Assembly: GCA_001825115.1 (NCBI GenBank)
Contig: MHUY01000016.1
Span: 13,792-53,492 of the forward strand
Length of the DNA: 39,701 nucleotides
Source of the DNA: Candidatus Yonathbacteria bacterium RIFOXYC2_FULL_47_9
GTDB lineage: Bacteria; Patescibacteriota; Minisyncoccia; Phycocordibacterales; UBA1550
Direction of reading: 5' to 3'
The number at the start of each line of letters is the position of its first letter. Position 1 is the first letter of the stretch. Below are positions 9,946 to 19,125 of the stretch, one piece after another. The translations under genes were made by a program, and so were the position numbers. The notes beneath the pieces were generated by a model that did not search any database, was not told the origin of the DNA, and saw only the letters and a program-made list of their open reading frames with translations.

Positions 9946-9980
9946 TTAAAAATACCCTTTATATTAAAGGGTATTTTTAA
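9946..9980. terminator. Bidirectional-type intrinsic terminator
   Basis: TTAAAAATACCCTTTA / TAAAGGGTATTTTTAA perfect inverted repeat. Confidence 0.75.
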
Positions 9981-9999
9981 GTACTATTAAGTTTTCCAC

Positions 10000-10848
10000 T
10001 CATTTACCAGGTTTTACCTGTTGTTTCTTTTTAACGTACGTATCCTTGCTGATGCGACTAATTTTAATCCTGCAAATGTAACGTCCATCCTTTCTGATAA
10101 TAATTGTAGTAGGCTTATATTTTAACTTGCTGTAAAGTGGGTTTACTTTGACACAATTCCAGTACTTATCTGCCTGATCTACATAATTTTCAACATAAAT
10201 ACAGTCATTATTTTTTGTATCAGATAAATCATATAATAGCTGCCCGCTACTCCCGTTAGACATCTTTTTTTCAATTGGTTGCCCGTAAACCTTATTAACA
10301 ATCAGTGTGTACGTACCCTGCCCATCTATTACCCCTACTACCGTGAGTTCGCTCACGCCTCCTTCACTAGGGGTTTCTGGGTATAACCTACCTATTTTCG
10401 CCCTAGCATCGCGTAAAATAGGTAATTTTAAGCGTATCTCAGTAGCAATATCTCGAAGCATTTCGTTGCTTACTGAATTATAAGTCTCATCAGTTTTTTC
10501 TACATGTATTGATAATGGGATAGAGTCGCTCTCTGAAAAGATCTCATATTCATTCTGAAAGTTTTTTGTATCCATCTTAAAAAACTTCCTGCACTGTACT
10601 TTCCATGCAATATAGAGTTCTCGAACTTCGTGATAATACAATGAGTCCGAAGCAATGTTTCTTTCAGCAATATGGCTTGGAGTACATGCCGTTATAAAAG
10701 CACCGACATCAATAAGTTCCTCAATTTTATTTGTTTGGTCTTCTAGTGGGAACTTTCCCAAGAATTCTGACAAGTCCATAAATCGCGGACGGACTAGTCC
10801 CCTATTTACAGTATTTTTCTCTTCCCCTTTGTTCCCCGCTTTTTTCAT
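10000..10848 (-). CDS. Hypothetical protein
   Basis: 282-aa ORF followed by a terminator; no motif recognised. Confidence 0.7.
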   Translation of the reverse strand: MKKAGNKGEEKNTVNRGLVRPRFMDLSEFLGKFPLEDQTNKIEELIDVGAFITACTPSHIAERNIASDSLYYHEVRELYIAWKVQCRKFFKMDTKNFQNEYEIFSESDSIPLSIHVEKTDETYNSVSNEMLRDIATEIRLKLPILRDARAKIGRLYPETPSEGGVSELTVVGVIDGQGTYTLIVNKVYGQPIEKKMSNGSSGQLLYDLSDTKNNDCIYVENYVDQADKYWNCVKVNPLYSKLKYKPTTIIIRKDGRYICRIKISRISKDTYVKKKQQVKPGK

Positions 10849-10907
10849 AAATATGGTAATATACTAGCACAACTGAATAAAGAAGTAGCCTAAACTATTG
10901 AGCAATC

Positions 10908-11045
10908 GGTGGCATGGCGAAAAAGTCCTGACAGACATAAAAAACCCATCATGTGGGGTTGTCTGTCAGGCCATACAGGGAAACTTGTATGAACGGCTTC
11001 GGTCGTTGACCACGTGGTGGGCTTTTTGTTGTTAAGCCACACCAC
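10908..11045 (+). ncRNA. Candidate structured RNA or leader
   Basis: 11-bp stem CCTGACAGACA/TGTCTGTCAGG plus GAAA- and UUCG-tetraloop hairpins; G-U pairs favour the plus strand. Confidence 0.55.
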
Positions 11046-11073
11046 AATTTTATAAAAAATAATCTTGCTGGAT

Positions 11074-12384
11074 ATGGGAAACACACATAAAAAAATCGCT
11101 GGTGTAACACTCTTTCTTTTCATAATCACGCCATCGATAGCACTTGCCTCGTGGTGGAATCCATTCTCGTGGTTCAAGCAAAGCAACTCCAATCCACAGA
11201 CTAAGGCACAATCAACGGTGGTGCGCGACAATACCGTTGTTGCCTCCATAGAAACTCCTCGTGTAGCACAGAAAGAAACTAAAGTGTCAGCGACCCAGCC
11301 CTCACTCACAACACTCTCAAACAAAAAGATTATCTCAAAAATGAAGCCGGCTGTCGTTTATATCGAAACAACTGATAGTGCTGGGAGCGGTATGATTTTG
11401 AGCCAAGATGGATATATTCTCACGAATGCTCATGTGGTATACGACACCTCTACCGCAAAAATTAAACTTTCAGACGGCAGAGTTTTTACTGCTTCAGTAG
11501 TCGGTAGGGATGAAAATATTGATTTAGCCGTTTTAAAAATTGACGGCAGTAATTTCCCTAACGTTAAATTAGGAGATTCTGATAATGTTGCTCAAGGGGA
11601 CGAAGTCTTCACTCTTGGCTATCCTTTTGGACTCGAAGGAGATGTAAGTTTTAAGGAGGGAACAATTTCAAGAACAATTTCGGACAAAAGCGCCACATAC
11701 TTAGAGACTTCTGCTGAAATTCATCCAGGGAACAGCGGCGGACCACTAGTCAATAAGTATGGGGAAGTTATCGGGATAAATACTGCATCATTAGGTAGTT
11801 CAATAAAGGGAGTAGTTATTGGAGAAACTATAAAGTTAGCTATACCAGTAAATGTTGCGATTTCTCTCATTCCTGATTTAAAAAGGGGCAGAAATGTTGT
11901 TATTAAACACGAAAAACCCACAACGGTAGCGGCTTCTGGAGGCTCCAGTTCTACTGAAGGAAACTCCACTGCTGTAACATTTGCAATGAAAGCACAGTGT
12001 GCTTCATACAAGGACAAAATTGAAGATGAAATTTCTAGTATAAATTATTCTTCAAAAACCCGAGCTGAGACTAAAGATGGGGCAGGGGCAGGAATGACCG
12101 TTCGTTTTGGAGAAATCTTCTACAGTCCTGTTACTAACAGCTGTCTGTACACAGAAACAGTCTTTATGGATAACACATGGATGATCGGTACTCAGTTCGC
12201 CTATGCCATTCCTGGACTAACTGCAGAACACCACACAAGTGTCACATACAGAATTATAGACGTCCTGGAAAACAACGGATTATACGCGATTGTGCTAAAT
12301 CCGGGCGAGTGGGCAAAAATACTTAGCGGTTCCCCAAAAGTTACCGAATTTCACAACAAGGTTGATTATTATAAGGGAAAATAG
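11074..12384 (+). CDS. Secreted trypsin-like (S1C/HtrA-like) serine protease, no obvious PDZ
   Basis: Signal peptide ending ALASWWNPFSW; LTNAHVV, DLAVLK and GNSGGPL triad motifs. Confidence 0.9.
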   Translation: MGNTHKKIAGVTLFLFIITPSIALASWWNPFSWFKQSNSNPQTKAQSTVVRDNTVVASIETPRVAQKETKVSATQPSLTTLSNKKIISKMKPAVVYIETTDSAGSGMILSQDGYILTNAHVVYDTSTAKIKLSDGRVFTASVVGRDENIDLAVLKIDGSNFPNVKLGDSDNVAQGDEVFTLGYPFGLEGDVSFKEGTISRTISDKSATYLETSAEIHPGNSGGPLVNKYGEVIGINTASLGSSIKGVVIGETIKLAIPVNVAISLIPDLKRGRNVVIKHEKPTTVAASGGSSSTEGNSTAVTFAMKAQCASYKDKIEDEISSINYSSKTRAETKDGAGAGMTVRFGEIFYSPVTNSCLYTETVFMDNTWMIGTQFAYAIPGLTAEHHTSVTYRIIDVLENNGLYAIVLNPGEWAKILSGSPKVTEFHNKVDYYKGK

Positions 12385-12390
12385 AATTCT

Positions 12391-12657
12391 ATGAATACAC
12401 CCGACACAAAAGACATGCAGCAACGGATTGATGAAGAAGTTTCAGAAAGTCATTTTTACGGCTGGAATCTTCTTATTAACGGACTTGTCGCCATGGCCCC
12501 TGCAGGCGTAGTTATTCAGATCCTAAAAGAGCTAGGCGTGCGTGGTGGCTTAGTGATTGCAGGTATTTTCTTCGGATTTATTTACTTAGTAGGGCTTGCT
12601 AGAGAAAAAATTAGTAGTAGGAAAAATAAAACATTCACGGAGGGCGACAATCGGTAA
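12391..12657 (+). CDS. Small membrane protein
   Basis: Two hydrophobic segments; starts 6 bp after the protease stop. Confidence 0.65.
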   Translation: MNTPDTKDMQQRIDEEVSESHFYGWNLLINGLVAMAPAGVVIQILKELGVRGGLVIAGIFFGFIYLVGLAREKISSRKNKTFTEGDNR

Positions 12658-12678
12658 CGAAGTTTCCATAATTTGCAC

Positions 12679-12945
12679 ATGAAAACCTTTGCAAAAAACA
12701 TCCTAAAATTTCTTAGGCTATACCTTTATGCACTTTGGATAGGGCTACTTAATTTACCGCGCCTTATTCTTGGAATGGCACTTTTCTTTTTACCAATTTA
12801 TATACTAGGGAATGCTACATTTTTCATTCTTCCAAAAAATGAACTCTTCAGCCTCTTTAGCTCTATATCTGCAATTCTGGCAGGCCTTTACATTTTAGAG
12901 GAAACTCGGTACGGGGATTTTGTTAAACGTATCTTTCCTTTTTAA
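12679..12945 (+). CDS. Small membrane protein
   Basis: Highly hydrophobic ORF with operon-like spacing. Confidence 0.55.
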   Translation: MKTFAKNILKFLRLYLYALWIGLLNLPRLILGMALFFLPIYILGNATFFILPKNELFSLFSSISAILAGLYILEETRYGDFVKRIFPF

Positions 12946-12982
12946 TACCGACTTTTCTTAAACATAATTTACTATAAAAAAC

Positions 12983-13168
12983 ATGAACGAAAAATTCACA
13001 ATCCTCGGCGAAGTATTCGAACGTAAACATTTTCCCAATATAGCCAGAATGTTCGATAGAGACCCATCTAACACCGAGCAACAAATTCAGTCTATCGCAA
13101 ATGCCTGGCATGAAGGCAGCATCGTGTCCGCAGCAATAGCATTTGAAAGCGATTTAGGATATAAATAA
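12983..13168 (+). CDS. Small hypothetical protein
   Basis: 61-aa ORF with A-rich leader and protein-like composition. Confidence 0.6.
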   Translation: MNEKFTILGEVFERKHFPNIARMFDRDPSNTEQQIQSIANAWHEGSIVSAAIAFESDLGYK

Positions 13169-13180
13169 CAATCAAAAATC

Positions 13181-13354
13181 ATGACATCCTTAGTTATTTA
13201 TGAGTATCAATGTAATAATTGCAGAAATGGGTTTAACAAAGAGAAAAGGCGCGCAGTGTGCCCATATTGCAGGACAAAACCACCAATCTCAGGTCACTTC
13301 AGGGCTTGGTGCATAAGGAACGTAATACCGCGTCTTAGGAAATTCCTTCCATAA
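13181..13354 (+). CDS. Small zinc-ribbon protein (FmdB-like), 57 aa
   Basis: Hand translation MTSLVIYEYQCNNC...VCPYC...; fills the gap in the operon. Confidence 0.65.
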   Translation: MTSLVIYEYQCNNCRNGFNKEKRRAVCPYCRTKPPISGHFRAWCIRNVIPRLRKFLP

Positions 13355-13372
13355 AAACAAGACTCCTTAGGT

Positions 13373-13708
13373 ATGCCAAAAACTATACAAATACAACTCC
13401 CCGACAACCTAAGCCATTGGTTTGGACAACAAGTGTATTTAACACGTGGCCTCAATAATTCTGTACGCGTAGCCTCTGTTGAGAAACACAAGGAAACAGA
13501 AAAACTTATTGGGAAATATGCCCACGAACAAATGCCCGACCAACCAAGAATGGCAGAATTCCTGCTTGCCGGCACGACAGAAGCAACCATCACCAATGAT
13601 GGCATAATATCCCTCCATGAAGGCTTGAGCCGTCACCTGGGAAGTGCTAGCTACCAAACAGTGGAAACGCCAGAAGGTCTCGTCATAAAGCGCCTAGAGT
13701 CATTTTAG
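13373..13708 (+). CDS. MraZ-like (AbrB fold) DNA-binding protein
   Basis: YLTRGLNNSV and FLLAGTTEATITNDGIISL resemble MraZ TRGLDGCL / FFSGA.E..D..GRI. Confidence 0.6.
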   Translation: MPKTIQIQLPDNLSHWFGQQVYLTRGLNNSVRVASVEKHKETEKLIGKYAHEQMPDQPRMAEFLLAGTTEATITNDGIISLHEGLSRHLGSASYQTVETPEGLVIKRLESF

Positions 13709-13778
13709 GCCGCACCTTTCCTGGAAGGCCCCAAAAAGGTTAGGTTTGGTTAAGTCACCTTCCCCTTTATTGGCTTCA

Positions 13779-14360
13779 CTACATACCACTATAGACATGT
13801 TTAACAATCCCCAGCATTTCTTGCGGGGAATTGTTTTTACCTCCAATGCGCCCCTTTAAAGTATTGTAGAAATTAACAGCACTAAGTTTTACCTTAAAAT
13901 CTACATTCTGCATCGCCAGAAACATTAACTGCTTTTCCATAAACTTATCGTTGAAACCATCCGCCTCAATCAACTGATTGATTCTACGTAAAATGTTAGG
14001 TTTGGTTAGGAGATCGCTTGCCATCACTCTACATGTGCCGTAACTCGTTTGCCCAACCTTTTTATCGTTCCCAACATTAATTCCATAGGCCTTAATGTAA
14101 CTCTGCGTCCCGTTTGAAAAATAACCAACCTTTCTTGTGAACAACTCACAAAATAACTCTTGCTGAGCATTTAAGCCGTCTTTGTTTACCATTCTGTTTC
14201 CACGCGCCCCACCTTTACTCAAGAGGGCATCCGTTACTCTCTCTTTAAGTTCTGGCAACTCGAAGTTCACGCCAATAGGCTTATTCGCCTTTTCTTGTAG
14301 GGAGGATTGTTCCTTGTTTTTTGCGCGATGCATACAATTCATTATCACATGAATCGCCAT
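13779..14360 (-). CDS. Phage terminase small subunit-like protein (start uncertain)
   Basis: LNAQQELFCELF...NGTQSYIKAYG...ASDLLTKPNILRRI matches the TerS HTH pattern. Confidence 0.75.
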   Translation of the reverse strand: MAIHVIMNCMHRAKNKEQSSLQEKANKPIGVNFELPELKERVTDALLSKGGARGNRMVNKDGLNAQQELFCELFTRKVGYFSNGTQSYIKAYGINVGNDKKVGQTSYGTCRVMASDLLTKPNILRRINQLIEADGFNDKFMEKQLMFLAMQNVDFKVKLSAVNFYNTLKGRIGGKNNSPQEMLGIVKHVYSGM

Positions 14361-14450
14361 ATATTAGGAGCCTCAACCTGCTGTTTCCACAGTTTCTTGA
14401 AAAGCTCCATCAAGGGACACGGAATCCTAAGAAATCCTAAGATATATAAA

Positions 14451-14990
14451 CTATCTTTTAGTTAAGAAATTAAGCAATTCAGCTCTATTTACATACCTTT
14501 TACCTCCGATGTTTACTTCCTTTAGACTCCCTGAAATCACCAACTTCTCTAGCTTGGCAGTTGATATAATCTTTTTCCCAGAGATGTCCTTAAATGAGAC
14601 ATATTTTTGATCAATTTCCTTTTGTGTGTCTTTTTTATATTTTTTAAACGAAACTTTTTCCCCAGAGGCAATGTCGGTGACGGTGGCCCTGGACATAATA
14701 CGTTTCATTTGGGGGGCGACAATAGCTAACATCGACAGCTCTTCCCCATTGAAATACTCTACCTTATTCAACCCAAAACGAAGTCCAATATCATTCCCGA
14801 TTCTCATGGCGTCATTCTTGTCCTCTACATAAACAATGCAATCCCCGCCTTCCAAATCGTGAGGCTGGCTATTTTTCGTCAGATAATGCTCCATGGACCT
14901 AAAAAGGCTCTCCTTTGACCGCCCCGAAGGGTGCCACAGAAAATCCGATGGTGAGATTCTAATATATTCTCTTTTGGTCTTTTCTTTCAT
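14451..14990 (-). CDS. Protein with C-terminal excisionase-like (HTH_17) domain
   Basis: STAKLEKLVISGSLKEVNIGGKRYVNRAELLNFL. Confidence 0.6.
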   Translation of the reverse strand: MKEKTKREYIRISPSDFLWHPSGRSKESLFRSMEHYLTKNSQPHDLEGGDCIVYVEDKNDAMRIGNDIGLRFGLNKVEYFNGEELSMLAIVAPQMKRIMSRATVTDIASGEKVSFKKYKKDTQKEIDQKYVSFKDISGKKIISTAKLEKLVISGSLKEVNIGGKRYVNRAELLNFLTKR

Positions 14991-15053
14991 TGTTTTATAA
15001 CCACTCTCTGAATGAACCCCGAGAAACCCCATCTGCTTTCGTTAAGGTGAAGA

Positions 15054-18035
15054 CTACTTCGCCCCACTCCCCGCCCCAACTTTCCGCACCACGTATTCAA
15101 ACACACGCTCTTGCACGAACTTCTTGAGCTCGGGACTCTGGTCGAGTTTTTGATAGAGACTAAAGTGGCTATCGAGGACACCCACAAGTTCATCTTGGAA
15201 AAGTGTATCGAACTTAAGCTTAGCCGAGTCTTTACTGTTATTCTTGATCGAACCTTGTAAAACATCACTTTTCAAAAGTCGCATACTTAGGTCATTCAAA
15301 ATAACACGATCGGCATCATTAAAGTTTGTCCCGTACCGCTCGTTGATCTCCTTAATGATTTTCGACAACGCATCAATTTCTTCTTCACTTCCACCACGTT
15401 CGCTTCCACCGCCACCCATGGGGTCAATCTCTCCGTCTTTGTTTTCCAGAGCGACATTCACTTCTCCTTTCTTCTCAACCTTGTATGATTCCATATCAAT
15501 TGCTTCGAGCACTTCGTATGGAAGAGGATTCTCGCGGCGGGGAAGTTTTTTCAACAAGTACTTTAGGAAAATATATAGCTTCTCGAGTTGTGGATCCTCA
15601 AAGGTTACAATCTGCGAAATGAATGCGTACTTCTTGAGATAATCGGCAACAACCGACTTGAAATCCTCCATTTCTTCCTCAGTAAGATTTTCTGAAGTAA
15701 TGCGTGCAATCACCTCATCAATAATATGATTGAGCTTATCTGGTGTTGCCCCCGCAAAAAGCTCATCCACGAAACCATTCACCTCAAAATCGCTAAAAAA
15801 TTTAAATCCGCGCACATCACGCTCAAGGTCATGCAAGATATTAGGGTTTGTGGCCTCTGAAAGAATGGTTGTTGTATAGTAGGGCTGAAATGCTTCCTTT
15901 ATTTCATCAGTGTCGTTCACAAAGTCGAGGACAAATGTTTCATTCTTACCGTATGTCGTACGATTAAGGCGTGAGAGTGTCTGCACTGCATTCACCCCCC
16001 CCAATTTTTTATCAACATACATCACCGAAAGAAGTGGCTGGTCAAACCCTGTCTGAAACTTTTCTGCGACAATCAAAAATTTATACTCATCCTTTTTAAA
16101 CTCTTCTGCCGTTAAACTTTCCGAGACACCATTCATTTGTGTTTCAGTGTATTCAAGCTTTGTATCAGGGTCTTTGACAGTACCCGAAAATGCCACGAGT
16201 GCTCTATGTGCATAACCATGCTCTTTAAAATACTTATCTATCACAAGCTTGTAGCGTACCGCGTGAAGTCTCGACTTGGTAACTACCATTGCTTTTGCCT
16301 TCCCTCCAATCAATCGCTCAATCTTTTCCTCAAAATGCTCTGTCATAATAGCAACCTTCTTCTCGATTGCATGCTCATGTCGCTCTACATATCCTACCAA
16401 AAGTCGCTGAGCTTTCTTCTTGTCAAATTCTGGGTCATCCTCAACTTTCTTCAGGAGCCCGAAATATGTTTCGTACATCGTATAGTTTTTGAGAACATCG
16501 AGAATGAATTTTTCCTCAATCGCCTGCTTCATAGAGTACAAAGAAAACGGCACAAACTTTCCTGTTAGTGCATCTTCGGTACCGAAAAGCTCCAATGTCT
16601 TTTGTTTTGGCGTAGCAGTAAAAGCAAAAAAGCTGAGGTGTGGCGCTGACACCTTTCGTGCCTTCATGCGTTCAATAAGCTGGTCCTCGACAGTCTTGAA
16701 AGCACTCTCGGCTTTCTCTTCGTCCGTCTCCGCCTCGTCCAGAGATAGCACCTGACGCAAATCAGCAGCCGATTCCCCCGACTGAGAAGAGTGGGCTTCA
16801 TCAACAATGACAGCAAAGCGTTTCCCTTCGATGTTCTCCACTGCGTCAACAATTACAGGGAATTTCTGAAGCGTGCTTGTGATGATCCGCACACCGCTTT
16901 CAAGAGCTTCCTTGAGCTCCTTTGAGCCGTTTTCAATATGTCTCACCAGCCCAACTACCTGGCTAAAACTTTTGACGGTATCCGAAAGTTGCTTATCGAG
17001 TACACGGCGGTCAGTAATCACAATCACCCCATCAAATACATTTTCTCCTTTGTCGTTGTGAAGCGAGGCAAGTCTGTGCGCAGTCCATGCGATGGTATTG
17101 GACTTTCCAGACCCTGCACTATGTTGAATAAGGTAATTCTTCCCAGCACCATGCTCTTCAGCATCTCTTACTATTCTTCGCACTGTTTCGAGCTGGTGAT
17201 AGCGAGGGAAGATGATTTTATTCTCTCTTCTTTTCTTTCCATTCTTATCTTCTTTTTCCTCAGTAACTTCCTGAATAAAATTGTGAACAAGGTCAAAGAT
17301 ACTATCCTTCGCCCATACCTCCCCCCAAAGATAATGCGTCTTGTACTTCCCTTCTGGTGCTGCTGGATTCTCTGACGATCCCTTGTTCCCCTTATTGAAT
17401 GGCAAGAAATATGTAGTAAGCCCTGATAGTCGTGTCGTCATATACACCTGCTCGGTATCAACAGCAAAGTGCGTGAGGCAACGCTTGAATGAAAGTAGTT
17501 TCTCCTTCTGGTCACGGTCAGTTTTATACTGCGCGACCGCGTTGATAACATTCTGCCCTGTAAATTGATTCTTGAGTTCAGTAGTAAAAAGTGGAAGCCC
17601 GTTCACAAAAAGCACCATGTCAATCGAGTTTTCATTTTGTGCGCTGTATTTTACTTGGCGCATCACACTCAAGATATTTCCCGTATAGTCAGCTACGGTC
17701 TCAGGGTTTTTATCGTTCTCTGGCTGGCGAAACGCCATCGTGACACGCACTCCACGGTCGGTAATACCGCCACGGAGCACATCAAGGAGCCCGCGCTCTA
17801 CAATTTCTTCATCAAGACGTTTCAAAAATTGTGCAGAAGCATCATCACCATATTGTTCTACAATTTTCGCCCACGCATCACTTTGAGTTTTCTGAACGAA
17901 CTCAAGTACAAGTTCTGAGTCCATCGCAAGCGATTTGTTGTACATGCTTGCTGTTCGTGAGCGATAGCCATGAAGCCCCGCGAGCTCCTGCTCGATGAAT
18001 TCTTCAAACCCTGATTCTCTTGTGTTTGTTTTCAT
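15054..18035 (-). CDS. hsdR: Type I restriction enzyme R subunit
   Basis: IDMVLFVNGLPLFTTELK, HSAGSGKS, DEAH, FTATP, TGFDQP, QTLSRLNR. Confidence 0.96.
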   Translation of the reverse strand: MKTNTRESGFEEFIEQELAGLHGYRSRTASMYNKSLAMDSELVLEFVQKTQSDAWAKIVEQYGDDASAQFLKRLDEEIVERGLLDVLRGGITDRGVRVTMAFRQPENDKNPETVADYTGNILSVMRQVKYSAQNENSIDMVLFVNGLPLFTTELKNQFTGQNVINAVAQYKTDRDQKEKLLSFKRCLTHFAVDTEQVYMTTRLSGLTTYFLPFNKGNKGSSENPAAPEGKYKTHYLWGEVWAKDSIFDLVHNFIQEVTEEKEDKNGKKRRENKIIFPRYHQLETVRRIVRDAEEHGAGKNYLIQHSAGSGKSNTIAWTAHRLASLHNDKGENVFDGVIVITDRRVLDKQLSDTVKSFSQVVGLVRHIENGSKELKEALESGVRIITSTLQKFPVIVDAVENIEGKRFAVIVDEAHSSQSGESAADLRQVLSLDEAETDEEKAESAFKTVEDQLIERMKARKVSAPHLSFFAFTATPKQKTLELFGTEDALTGKFVPFSLYSMKQAIEEKFILDVLKNYTMYETYFGLLKKVEDDPEFDKKKAQRLLVGYVERHEHAIEKKVAIMTEHFEEKIERLIGGKAKAMVVTKSRLHAVRYKLVIDKYFKEHGYAHRALVAFSGTVKDPDTKLEYTETQMNGVSESLTAEEFKKDEYKFLIVAEKFQTGFDQPLLSVMYVDKKLGGVNAVQTLSRLNRTTYGKNETFVLDFVNDTDEIKEAFQPYYTTTILSEATNPNILHDLERDVRGFKFFSDFEVNGFVDELFAGATPDKLNHIIDEVIARITSENLTEEEMEDFKSVVADYLKKYAFISQIVTFEDPQLEKLYIFLKYLLKKLPRRENPLPYEVLEAIDMESYKVEKKGEVNVALENKDGEIDPMGGGGSERGGSEEEIDALSKIIKEINERYGTNFNDADRVILNDLSMRLLKSDVLQGSIKNNSKDSAKLKFDTLFQDELVGVLDSHFSLYQKLDQSPELKKFVQERVFEYVVRKVGAGSGAK

Positions 18036-18044
18036 ATTTTGTGT

Positions 18045-19118
18045 TTAAACAATTGGGCTTATCTTTACAACAGGTTCTACTTTTATTTCTGCGCCTTGCG
18101 CTGGCTTCTTTGTGAACATTTCTACTATTGGTGTGGCAAATTGTGCTAGCATCCCGCTTTCAGCTTTTTCCTCCTCGGGAAGATGCCCGTCAAGCGATGG
18201 GTGTCGATAAATTGTTTCCATCGAATAAAGCACAAAATCAAGTATATTCTTTTGATAAACATTATCACTAAATCTTTTTGACAAAACATCTGTATAACTC
18301 TCAAGTGCCTTTGCGGTAGCTGATTTAAAAGCATAACTTTCAAGTAAGCGACGCTCTCTAGAATATTGAACTGCTGAATACCAAACTGCAAAAAGCCCTG
18401 GAGCTGAATAACTTATCTTATACAGGAAAAATGTCCATGAAAAAACGTCCGGCATTTTTACAAAGTATGCAATTAGTCCAATGTTTGCACCCCAAAGGAT
18501 AACACTTAGGCCGAGAAGCCATCTCCACAATTTCGCATTCCCTTGAAGGATTGTTTGCCTTTCTCGAAACGAATGCGCCAGTCCTGCACCAGTAAGGAAA
18601 CCATACGCATCAACAATTTCTTTTTGATAACCCGTTGCTTCGTCTTTGATTCTGGAGATGTGTTGCACGTCCTCACCTGCAGAACTTTTTAACATATCTA
18701 TTTCTTCCCGTGATTTTGTTATTTCAGACAATAACGCATCGCTCGTGCTCTTGTGCCCCTTTATTTGCTCAAAAACAGCGAGAACACCTTCGTCTTCATC
18801 TTCCACAGATTCTTTTGTCGACTCGAATTTTTGAACATACGCGTCAAACGAGGCAACAAGCTGTGCGATTTTGGAGTTAGCCTCGGTAGCAGAAGTTACC
18901 AATTTTGAGATAACCTCTCCCTTGGTGGAGGTTAAAGATTCCTGCGCTGTGACATTTTGAGCTGATGTGGCAACATTAGTCTTGTGTTTCTTGATCTCGT
19001 TTTTAATATCAACGATATCAGCGACAAGCGCTTTTGCCTCAATGAGGCTCTGTTTGATTTCTGATAACGTCATCTCAACCTTTGTTGGCGTTACACTTTG
19101 TGTATTTTCATTTTCCAT
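18045..19118 (-). CDS. Coiled-coil protein with two TM helices, inserted in the RM operon
   Basis: About 190-aa heptad-rich N-terminus, two hydrophobic helices, ESYAFKSATAKALESY. Confidence 0.8.
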   Translation of the reverse strand: MENENTQSVTPTKVEMTLSEIKQSLIEAKALVADIVDIKNEIKKHKTNVATSAQNVTAQESLTSTKGEVISKLVTSATEANSKIAQLVASFDAYVQKFESTKESVEDEDEGVLAVFEQIKGHKSTSDALLSEITKSREEIDMLKSSAGEDVQHISRIKDEATGYQKEIVDAYGFLTGAGLAHSFRERQTILQGNAKLWRWLLGLSVILWGANIGLIAYFVKMPDVFSWTFFLYKISYSAPGLFAVWYSAVQYSRERRLLESYAFKSATAKALESYTDVLSKRFSDNVYQKNILDFVLYSMETIYRHPSLDGHLPEEEKAESGMLAQFATPIVEMFTKKPAQGAEIKVEPVVKISPIV

Positions 19119-19125
19119 ATTGTTG

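Noticed and set aside
10890..11324. 144-aa minus-strand ORF
   Set aside because: Overlaps the protease gene and the structured RNA antisense; likely a shadow.
14364..14380. TTAGGAGCCTCAACCT resembling the repeat right arm
   Set aside because: Short, degenerate and lacks the core and hairpin.
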